From Promethearchaeota archaeon (lineage in GTDB: Archaea; Asgardarchaeota; Hermodarchaeia; Hermodarchaeales; Hermodarchaeaceae), in contig JBHLPH010000030.1 in assembly GCA_048939625.1 (NCBI GenBank), positions 1 to 19,368 of the forward strand: a stretch of DNA of 19,368 bases. The letters run 5' to 3'. The first letter of the stretch is position 1, and every line of letters begins with the position of its first letter. The notes beneath the pieces are model-generated. The model was not told the origin of the DNA. It saw nothing but the letters and a program-made list of their open reading frames with translations, and made no database searches. The position numbers and the translations under genes were made by a program. Shown piece by piece: positions 8,250-16,039 of this stretch.

Positions 8250-8440
8250 AAGGGATTCACCGTTGATGAACCAGTTATTCTGAACTTAAATTCTCGGTTG
8301 CCTGCAAATAAGCGCCTCGATGTCCACCAGATTCCGAACCAACTCGTTCTCAAAAATGTCTAAACAGATCATTTTTGTGTCTAATTTTTGACTGACCGAT
8401 TTCCGAGCATATTTGTTAAATCATTCCGAGAATAGAACCG

Positions 8441-9379
8441 ATGGTGCGTATGCAAAAGCAAATTTTAATTTCAAATGGATACCGACCCGTATTGCTCTTT
8501 AATTTTCTTTTTCTGTTTCTCTTGCTTTGTCTCATCGGTGGGCCCCATAGGCTAGTTACTGGCCAGCAGTCTACAAATCTTTCAGGGGTTCCTGTTGCAG
8601 TTTACACTGGCGGACATTCAGATGAGAATTTAGCAAGCCGAACAGCATTAATTCATCTGCTGGAATGGTTAGATGCAGATCTGACTTTACTTTCACCAGA
8701 AGGCGTACTGAATGGTTCATTGGACGAGCAAGCAATGTTTGTTATGCCCGGAATCTCTCCCTACACTCTACGCGATGAAATGACACCCGTATGTTATGAT
8801 ATCATTCGAAACTTCATTGCTTCTGGTGGAGCCTATATTGGAATCTATGGTGGAACCTTCTTTGAGTGGACCCATTTCGAACTCTTTAATATAGAACTTC
8901 AAAACTACCTGCCTGAACTTCCTGCTGGAAAGAACCTTGTTACGGTGAACATCCACAAGAACGGAACTGGACCTGACCTATCAGCACTTCCGAATTCGTA
9001 TCAGATACTAAGTTGGACGGGAAGTTATTTCGATGCCCCAGACATGTCCCATGTAACCACGATTGCAAGCTACGCCCTCAATGATCTACCTTGTATGGTT
9101 TCTTTCAGGTATGGTAGTGGAGCCGTGTTTCTTTCCAGCCCCCATCCAGAAATCGAAGAAGGTGATATTCGGGACGGGACAACTTTCCAGGATGGATTGA
9201 ATGATCCCGACTCTGAATGGAATCTAATGCGAATTATTGCATGCTGGTTGATTGATACTGCCAGAGTTACACCAAGTAACCCAAATCCAATATTTGTGGT
9301 TACCCTAGCGATCGTTTCAATAATTGTAATTGTTATTGTTGCTTCAGTGCTCTATTGGAAAAGACTTCGAGTTAAGTAA
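8441..9379 (+). CDS. BPL-N (biotin-protein-ligase N-terminal / class I GATase-like) domain protein with signal peptide and C-terminal TM anchor
   Basis: 'VAVYTG', 'FVMPG', 'IRNFIASGGAYIGI', 'YGSGAVFLSSPHPE'; N-terminal hydrophobic leader; C-terminal TM followed by a basic tail. Confidence 0.82.
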   Translation: MVRMQKQILISNGYRPVLLFNFLFLFLLLCLIGGPHRLVTGQQSTNLSGVPVAVYTGGHSDENLASRTALIHLLEWLDADLTLLSPEGVLNGSLDEQAMFVMPGISPYTLRDEMTPVCYDIIRNFIASGGAYIGIYGGTFFEWTHFELFNIELQNYLPELPAGKNLVTVNIHKNGTGPDLSALPNSYQILSWTGSYFDAPDMSHVTTIASYALNDLPCMVSFRYGSGAVFLSSPHPEIEEGDIRDGTTFQDGLNDPDSEWNLMRIIACWLIDTARVTPSNPNPIFVVTLAIVSIIVIVIVASVLYWKRLRVK

Positions 9380-9464
9380 AATGAACTTGTGACTAGTTGG
9401 AATTTCCAGTTTAAAATCTGGAAATCCGCCTGATAGTGCGGCAGTTGAGATAATGGAACTAGGT

Positions 9465-10283
9465 TTATTCAGGTCCTTTGTAGTATTGGATAAGGTTGGA
9501 TTTCTTTAGATATGGAATGAGGATCATTCCGATAACTAAGATGATTGCTATGGCAATGGCTGAGTAGAAGATGATGGGGACAGTAATCCATTTCACTCCA
9601 ATTCCAGCTCCTGCCCATAGGAAGACTAGAGCAAACCCATAATCGCGGCGAAGATAGACCATGAGCAATGCGAGAAATACTGCTACGAAGAGCATGGCAG
9701 CAGTAGCAAGATGTTGAGTTTCAGTAGGAATGGCTGGAACTAAGATGTTAATGGAGGAGGCGATAGCCGCAACGGTGGCGACGGAAATCCATCCAAGATA
9801 GACGCTGAAATGCAGATGCACGGCTAGCTTCTCGTTTCGTGGCACTTTTTCTACTCCAACACCTAACCGGATGTAGGCTAGTAATAGCATTAGGAATACG
9901 ACTATTAGGAGTACAAGGGATGCTAGGAAGAAAGGTGGATTTGCCACCATGAAAGCGTAGGAGTAGTGGAAGACAAAAATCCAGCCGATATTGGCTAGTC
10001 CGCCAAGGAAGTAGAAGAGATTGATTTTTTGGAGGTAATCTTCGCTTCGTTGACTCGGTCGGGCTTGATAGATCATGAAGATTATGGCTTGGATGTAGAT
10101 GATGAACCAGATAGAGAATACGTACCCAGCAGGGGTGAAGAAGTTCGGGTAAGAATCAGAAACCTGCCCGGTATTTACTCCAAAGATAGGAAGTGCATTT
10201 GCAAGAATGTTAACGATAATCACTGAAATGACTGTGATGATGTTTAAGACCTGAAAAAGTAGGTAACTTCTTTTTTCAGTCAT
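9465..10283 (-). CDS. TspO/MBR-related (tryptophan-rich sensory protein-like) polytopic membrane protein
   Basis: 'VNILANALP...TGQVSDSYPNFFTPAGYVFSIWFIIY' and 'FSVYLGWISVAT' motifs; about 8 TM helices. Confidence 0.8.
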   Translation of the reverse strand: MTEKRSYLLFQVLNIITVISVIIVNILANALPIFGVNTGQVSDSYPNFFTPAGYVFSIWFIIYIQAIIFMIYQARPSQRSEDYLQKINLFYFLGGLANIGWIFVFHYSYAFMVANPPFFLASLVLLIVVFLMLLLAYIRLGVGVEKVPRNEKLAVHLHFSVYLGWISVATVAAIASSINILVPAIPTETQHLATAAMLFVAVFLALLMVYLRRDYGFALVFLWAGAGIGVKWITVPIIFYSAIAIAIILVIGMILIPYLKKSNLIQYYKGPE

Positions 10284-10306
10284 GGCGCGACTTGTAACGT
10301 TTTTCC

Positions 10307-10312
10307 TTATAA
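10307..10312 (-). promoter_or_regulatory. Candidate TATA box for a near-leaderless transcript of the TspO-like gene
   Basis: TTATAA 24 nt upstream of ATG 10283, with no RBS visible. Confidence 0.45.
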
Positions 10313-10411
10313 CTCTAGAAGGTGTTATGATTGGCGAGGACTGCCGGAATCCCTAAACTTTAAGAACGCAGCGCGGTAGTCTTGCCACTCATCTTACTGT
10401 GGACCGAATCT

Positions 10412-11776
10412 ATGAAAGCAAAGGTCGTATCCGCTTCATTTGGCTGCTTAATCTGCTTAATTGTCCTTTTTGCACCCATAACATATGCAAGCAGCACTCA
10501 ACTTCCTATCGGATCTGATGTGATATGGCATACTACTTTTGGAGGAACGCTTGCTGATTATGGAAATGACATAATTGAAAGACAGACTGGTGGATATGTG
10601 ATTGTGGGTGGAACTTTGAGTTCAGGTATCACCCATACTGACCTGTTGCTTGTTGGTTGCGATTGGAATGGGAACGAACTATGGAATCAGACAATTGGTG
10701 GTCCTAATGATGATGTTGGCTATGCAATAATCGAATGCACGGGAGGAGGATTCGCAATGACAGGATATTCGCGTAGCAATCCGTCCGGTCGTTCTGATGC
10801 ATGGTTGGTGCGGACGACAGCAGATGGAACACATCTGTGGAATCGTTCGTTTGGCGGACTTGATAATGACCAAGGCTTTGACATAATTGAAGTCGCAGCA
10901 GGCGGTTTTGCACTTGTTGGGAGCACGCGAAGTTATGGATCCGAAGACCCAATCACCCACCTACAAACCTATGACATTTGGTTGATTCGAACTGATGCAA
11001 TGGGCAATATATTGTGGAACCGAACTTATGGCCAAACCGGTGATGACATTGGTCGAACACTAGTTGAGTTAAGTGATGGCGGATTTCTTCTTCTCGGGGA
11101 GATTAACAGTAGCTTCGCCACTCTTGATCATTCTGGGCAATATACCGAATACCACCCCGATGCATGGCTTATCCGCACCAACCAAATGGGCGAGCAAATA
11201 TGGAATCAGACTTATGGTGGCGAATCAAATGACTTCATCCGTTCAGCTGTGATAAATGAGGATGGAGGATTCACCATTGTTGGCTTCACGAACAGCTATA
11301 GTACTTCGACCTATGATGGCTGGCTTCTGTTCACCGCTAGCGACAGTACCGAGGAAAACAGAATAACATATGGAAGTCATGCTGACGATTATTTCCGAAC
11401 TCTCCTAGAATGTGAATCGGATGGATATGCGTTGATTGGTTACACGTATCTCTCGTCTTCAGCAGACCTTTGGCTGACTCGGACGAACGTTCACGGCGTC
11501 CCCCTTTGGGCACGCGTTTTTGGCGGTCTGGAAGACGATGTTATTAGAGGAGGAATCCGAAGTCAGGGTAATTTCATTCTAGTCGGATATACATTTAGTT
11601 TTGGTGCAGGTTCACGGGATGTCTGGTTAGTAAAAATCGCTGATGAAGTTCCCTTAGTAAATCCCTTCCTTACAGCATTTCCAATTATACTAGTCGTGTC
11701 TGGAATTGTACTGATTGCTGTATTTTTAATTTCTAGCTATATACTTTATAGATGGCGAACGAATCGAATTTCATAA
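10412..11776 (+). CDS. Cell-surface beta-propeller repeat protein with signal peptide and C-terminal TM anchor
   Basis: Seven ~50-aa repeats of WNxT(F/Y)GGxxxD...GG(F/Y)xxxGxTxS...DxWLxRTD; N-terminal signal peptide from ATG 10412; C-terminal TM and basic tail. Confidence 0.88.
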   Translation: MKAKVVSASFGCLICLIVLFAPITYASSTQLPIGSDVIWHTTFGGTLADYGNDIIERQTGGYVIVGGTLSSGITHTDLLLVGCDWNGNELWNQTIGGPNDDVGYAIIECTGGGFAMTGYSRSNPSGRSDAWLVRTTADGTHLWNRSFGGLDNDQGFDIIEVAAGGFALVGSTRSYGSEDPITHLQTYDIWLIRTDAMGNILWNRTYGQTGDDIGRTLVELSDGGFLLLGEINSSFATLDHSGQYTEYHPDAWLIRTNQMGEQIWNQTYGGESNDFIRSAVINEDGGFTIVGFTNSYSTSTYDGWLLFTASDSTEENRITYGSHADDYFRTLLECESDGYALIGYTYLSSSADLWLTRTNVHGVPLWARVFGGLEDDVIRGGIRSQGNFILVGYTFSFGAGSRDVWLVKIADEVPLVNPFLTAFPIILVVSGIVLIAVFLISSYILYRWRTNRIS

Positions 11777-11793
11777 TGAACTATGGTTTTGAA

Positions 11794-13143
11794 TCACCAT
11801 TTGCCCATAAGGTCCATAATCACAACCAGTCGTTGCATAGCCTTGACAAAGTTATCTACGGGTACACTTTCGTTAGGTGAATGAGCACGAGAGTTATAAT
11901 CTCCAATACCAATTGAGACCATAGGCACATATTCTTTGAATAGGTAAAGTGGACCTGAGCCTGGACAGGTAGGATGGATTCGTATGGGGTGGCCAAAAAC
12001 TGCTTCATTAGCCTTGCTAATGATTTTGACGAAGGGATGGTCCACAGGAGTTTTAGCAGCCGGGTAGCCTTCGTACCATGCGATTTTGACATCAGTGAAT
12101 CCATGGTTATTAAGATGGGTTCGGAGCTTTCCGACGATATCCTTGGGCTGTTGGTTCTCAACCAACCGAAAATCAATTTTCGCTGAAGCTTTAGCAGGTA
12201 GAACAGTCATTGAGCCTGCTTCCTGGTAACCACTAGTCAAACCGTCGATGCTAAGATGAGGTTGATAATAATAGGCTTCACGAAGAGCATCGCCTTCATA
12301 GTGTGCAACAAAGCCATCGATACCATAGAATTTCTGCCGGGCTTCTTCTTCGAAATTAATCTTTGAGATGAATTTCTTTTCTACATCCGTCATCGGGACA
12401 ACGTCATCATAAAAACCCTTGATTTGAATCCGTTCAGTTTCATCCTTTAATGAACTGAGGGCCCATACTAAACGAAAGGGTGCTGATGGGAGAATTGCAG
12501 AGTTACTGGAATGTGCGTCATGAGAAAGCCGTTCAACTTCCAATTGCACGTATAAGATTCCCTTTAGCCCTAACCAGGCTTCTTGGGTTCCATCATATCC
12601 AGCGCTGCCGAATTCCCAAATTCCGCCATCAGCTTTGAGGAATTCATGATGTTTTCTAGTGAAATCGGGGAGGTTGGGGCTGCTGATTTCCTCTTCACCT
12701 TCAATTACAAATTTGATATTTACTGGAGGCTCCACGCCAGCATCCTTGAATGCGTTCACTGCCCAAATCCGTGAAATCGTATCTCCCTTATTGTCCGCAA
12801 TTCCCCGAGCATAAAATCGACCTTCACGAATCTCCGGGTCAAAGGGCGGGGAAACCCAGAGATCGAAGGGTTCAGCGGGTTGCACATCATAATGATCATA
12901 GAAAAGGAGTGTTCGTTTCGCGCCGACATCTAAGAAGCCGGTGACAACAGGGGCTCCGGAGGTAGAGTGTAATTCTGAGGGGATTCCAGCGTCATTGAGC
13001 ATTTTTTGTACAAGTTCTGCGGTTTCTTCGATTCCTTTTCCTTGCGCAGCCACTGTTGGGATGCTGCAGATTTTTTTCGCTGCATCAAGTGCCTTGTCGG
13101 CGTTTTGATCGATTTTTTCCAATACCTGACTAACCATTGACAT
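11794..13143 (-). CDS. M20/M25/M40 metallopeptidase (ArgE/DapE/dipeptidase-like)
   Basis: 'YDHYDVQP', 'RGIADNKG', 'EGEEEISS' and 'HSPNE'. Real start is probably ATG 13143 or 13137. Confidence 0.93.
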   Translation of the reverse strand: MSMVSQVLEKIDQNADKALDAAKKICSIPTVAAQGKGIEETAELVQKMLNDAGIPSELHSTSGAPVVTGFLDVGAKRTLLFYDHYDVQPAEPFDLWVSPPFDPEIREGRFYARGIADNKGDTISRIWAVNAFKDAGVEPPVNIKFVIEGEEEISSPNLPDFTRKHHEFLKADGGIWEFGSAGYDGTQEAWLGLKGILYVQLEVERLSHDAHSSNSAILPSAPFRLVWALSSLKDETERIQIKGFYDDVVPMTDVEKKFISKINFEEEARQKFYGIDGFVAHYEGDALREAYYYQPHLSIDGLTSGYQEAGSMTVLPAKASAKIDFRLVENQQPKDIVGKLRTHLNNHGFTDVKIAWYEGYPAAKTPVDHPFVKIISKANEAVFGHPIRIHPTCPGSGPLYLFKEYVPMVSIGIGDYNSRAHSPNESVPVDNFVKAMQRLVVIMDLMGKW

Positions 13144-13290
13144 TAACCCTAAACTAAAGAGTGGAAACTTTGTCTTTAATGTTGTAGCTTGTTCTGAGAA
13201 CCACTGGGGGCGTTTCCTTGCGCAGGCATCAGACTTTTCTACTTGCGAGCTTAACCGAGGAACCTCACCAATAGATATGGATAGATTCCT

Positions 13291-14601
13291 ATGGCGAAGA
13301 AAGTTGGTATCCGCCGTGAAAACAAAGACTTTGAACTGCGAACTCCCATCGTTCCCAAGGACGTTGAAGAGCTGATTAAATCTCATGGCTTTGAATTTGT
13401 AGTAGAACCTTCAGAGCAGCGCGCTTTTTCAGAAGCGAGTTACAAGAAGTCGGGAGCGGCAATCGCGGATCTTCAGGGTAAGGAAGTTCCGGTCATTTTT
13501 GGGATTAAAGAGATTCCCAAAGAGGTTTTTGAACCAGGAAAGGTATACCTGTTTTTCGCGCACGTCATCAAAGGTCAAGATTACAACATGGGAATGCTGC
13601 GACAAATTCTTGATGTGGGGGCGACTCTGATTGATTATGAACGAATAGTCGAAGTGGACTCAGGTCGCCGTTTAGTCTTTTTCGGTAACTGGGCAGGATA
13701 TGCTGGCATGGCAGAAACCCTTCGTGGATTCGGTGAACGATTAAGGGTGAAGAGTATTAGACCGAACCCCTTTGCCACCCTCAAACCGACCTACAAGTAT
13801 TCAGGGATGGATGAGTTACAGGCAGCAATTGAATCCGTTGGAGAGCAAATCCGAACAGAAGGCTTTGCCAAGGAACTGGCTCCATTGGTAGTTGGGCTCA
13901 TTGGTTACGGAAATACCTCACGGGGTGCCCAAGCAATCTTCGATATCCTTCCCCACAAACAGATAAATCCAGATGAGTTGTCAAATCTTGAACCAAATAA
14001 CAAACTACTATACAAGGTTGTTTTTCGTGAAGAGGATACTGTCCATTCTATTGATCCATCTGATACATTCGAATTACAACATTATTATGCTCATGGCAAG
14101 GCGAAGTACCAATCTACCTTTTTCAAGTACCTCCCATACCTCACTGTATTAATGAACTGCATTTATTGGACTGATAAATATCCACGCATGATAAGAAAAC
14201 AAGAACTGAAACATTTATGGGAAGATTTTCAGGGCCATCCACGACTCGTCATTGTTGGAGACATCAGTTGTGACATCCATGGTGCTATCGAATTCACTGT
14301 GGATTGCACGAAACCAGATCATCCAACCTTTGTGTACAATCCACTGACAGAAAAAGCAGAACTGGGTGTAGCTGGGGAAGGCGTGGTCGTAATGGCGGTG
14401 GACAACCTTCCTACGGAATTACCACGAGAGGCCTCGACATCATTTAGTGAAACACTCCAGAGGTTCATCCCGTCAATTGTGAAAGCTGATTACTCAGTAC
14501 CGTTTGAGGAATTAGATCTTCCTCCAGAAGTAAAGACTGCTGTTATCGTGTATCAAGGGAAACTCACACCTGATTACAAGTATCTCAAAAAGTATTTGTA
14601 A
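13291..14601 (+). CDS. Lysine-ketoglutarate reductase (saccharopine dehydrogenase, lysine-forming; LKR domain of AASS type)
   Basis: 'GIRRE..FELRTPIVP', 'FFAHVIKGQ', 'LIDYERIV', 'FGNWAGYAGM', 'GYGNTSRGAQ', 'NCIYW..KYPR', 'DISCD..GAIEF' and 'DNLPTELP' follow the AASS LKR domain as I recall it. Confidence 0.92.
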   Translation: MAKKVGIRRENKDFELRTPIVPKDVEELIKSHGFEFVVEPSEQRAFSEASYKKSGAAIADLQGKEVPVIFGIKEIPKEVFEPGKVYLFFAHVIKGQDYNMGMLRQILDVGATLIDYERIVEVDSGRRLVFFGNWAGYAGMAETLRGFGERLRVKSIRPNPFATLKPTYKYSGMDELQAAIESVGEQIRTEGFAKELAPLVVGLIGYGNTSRGAQAIFDILPHKQINPDELSNLEPNNKLLYKVVFREEDTVHSIDPSDTFELQHYYAHGKAKYQSTFFKYLPYLTVLMNCIYWTDKYPRMIRKQELKHLWEDFQGHPRLVIVGDISCDIHGAIEFTVDCTKPDHPTFVYNPLTEKAELGVAGEGVVVMAVDNLPTELPREASTSFSETLQRFIPSIVKADYSVPFEELDLPPEVKTAVIVYQGKLTPDYKYLKKYL

Positions 14602-14638
14602 CGCAAGAGCACGAAACAATGCCAAGAGGTATCAAGGA

Positions 14639-15961
14639 ATGAAACATGTATTGGTTCTTGGTGCAGGGTTGGTTGCCCGTCCATACGTGAATTATATGCT
14701 TGACCATGACTACCAGGTCACTGTTGCGAGCCGAACCGTAAGCAAGGCTATGAATCTAATTGGAGATCACCCAAATGGTGAAGCTAGAGCCTTTGATATT
14801 AGTCGACAAGCAAAGGAACTCAAGAACCTGGTGAAACCTGCTGACCTTGTCGTATCTCTTCTTCCCTACACATTTCACGTTCAAGTCGCTCGCGAATGCC
14901 TGCGTCACAAAGTGAACATGGTCACGACCTCATATGTATCAGATGAGATGCGCACTTTGGATGGTCAAGCAAAACGAGCAGACGTTATCATCCTAAACGA
15001 GTGTGGGGTGGATCCAGGACAAGACCATATGTCTGCCATGAAAATCATTCATGAAGCCCAAGCTCAGGGAGGGAAAATCTTGGCATTTACCAGCTTCACT
15101 GGAGGATTACCTGCACCCGATGCAAATACTAACCCATTTGGTTACAAGCTTTCATGGAGTCCACGTGGTGTCCTTTTAGCAGGACGAAATTCTGCCCTTT
15201 TCCAACGCGATGGCAAAAGAATCGAAATTCCAGCGGAAGAACTCTTCAACAGCTGTCATATCGAGTCTGTACCCGAACTTGGCGATTTTGAAGGGTACCC
15301 GAACCGTGATTCCCTTCAGTATATTGACATTTATGGTTTACAAGGCATCCAAACCATGTTACGTGGAACCCTTCGATATCCCGGCTGGTGTAAAACCATA
15401 TACAATATTGGTAAACTAGGCTTATTAGACATAGAGGAACAACCCCTTCGTGACCTGACGTACGCTCGATTTTTACGTCAATATCTCAAGTTGTCAGCTG
15501 GAGCCAACGTGAAAGAAGAGGTAGCAGCCCGACTCAAGCTTTCAGTTGACGATGAGGTAATAGAACGTTATGAATGGTTAGGACTCTTTGGAGATCATGA
15601 CATTCCACTCACTCAAGGTGCACCTATTGATGTTCTCGTGTCCCTCTTTCAAGAAAAGCTGCAGTATGCCCCGGGTGAACGCGATATGATCGTAATGCAG
15701 CACCAGTTTACAATAGAACACTCTGATAATTCGCATGAAAAGGTGCGTTCAACACTTATTGATTACGGGATTCCAAATGGCGATTCCTCCATGAGCCGTA
15801 CCGTTGCTCTTCCTGCCGCGATTGCCTCTCACTTGATTCTAACCGGTGAGATACAACTGAAAGGCGTCCAGATTCCCATTGTGCCCAAACTCTATGAACC
15901 AATTCTCCAAGAGCTAGAAACTTTTGGTATTCATTTCAAGGAAGAATCCACAACAACCTAA
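14639..15961 (+). CDS. Saccharopine dehydrogenase (L-glutamate-forming; Lys9 / AASS SDH domain)
   Basis: Rossmann motif 'VLVLGAGLVARP', 'VSLLPY', 'NECGVDPGQDH', 'NPFGYKLSWSPRG', 'FEGYPNRDS', 'RGTLRYPGW' and 'MSRTVALP'. Confidence 0.95.
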   Translation: MKHVLVLGAGLVARPYVNYMLDHDYQVTVASRTVSKAMNLIGDHPNGEARAFDISRQAKELKNLVKPADLVVSLLPYTFHVQVARECLRHKVNMVTTSYVSDEMRTLDGQAKRADVIILNECGVDPGQDHMSAMKIIHEAQAQGGKILAFTSFTGGLPAPDANTNPFGYKLSWSPRGVLLAGRNSALFQRDGKRIEIPAEELFNSCHIESVPELGDFEGYPNRDSLQYIDIYGLQGIQTMLRGTLRYPGWCKTIYNIGKLGLLDIEEQPLRDLTYARFLRQYLKLSAGANVKEEVAARLKLSVDDEVIERYEWLGLFGDHDIPLTQGAPIDVLVSLFQEKLQYAPGERDMIVMQHQFTIEHSDNSHEKVRSTLIDYGIPNGDSSMSRTVALPAAIASHLILTGEIQLKGVQIPIVPKLYEPILQELETFGIHFKEESTTT

Positions 15962-16039
15962 CTCCACTCAGTAGGCGTCAAGAACCTTTTAGTAGGCTTT
16001 CCACTCTTCCTAGATAACGGGAAGACGAGGTGTCCTTCA

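Noticed and set aside
9426-9441. CTGATAG loop considered as a hammerhead ribozyme core or C/D box
   Set aside because: Does not match CUGANGA with a correctly placed GAAA, and no C/D box pair is present.
10520-11640. Repeats considered as a CRISPR array or DNA tandem repeat
   Set aside because: They are degenerate protein-level propeller repeats; there are no identical DNA repeats with spacers and no cas genes.
13144-13386. N-terminal extension of the M20 ORF overlapping the LKR gene
   Set aside because: M20 homology begins near Met 13143/13137; the extension is antisense to LKR and crosses the promoter region.
14599-14641. Readthrough or frameshift producing a fused LKR-SDH protein
   Set aside because: The genes are in different frames, the stop is TAA, SDH has its own GAGGT RBS, and no slippery site is visible.
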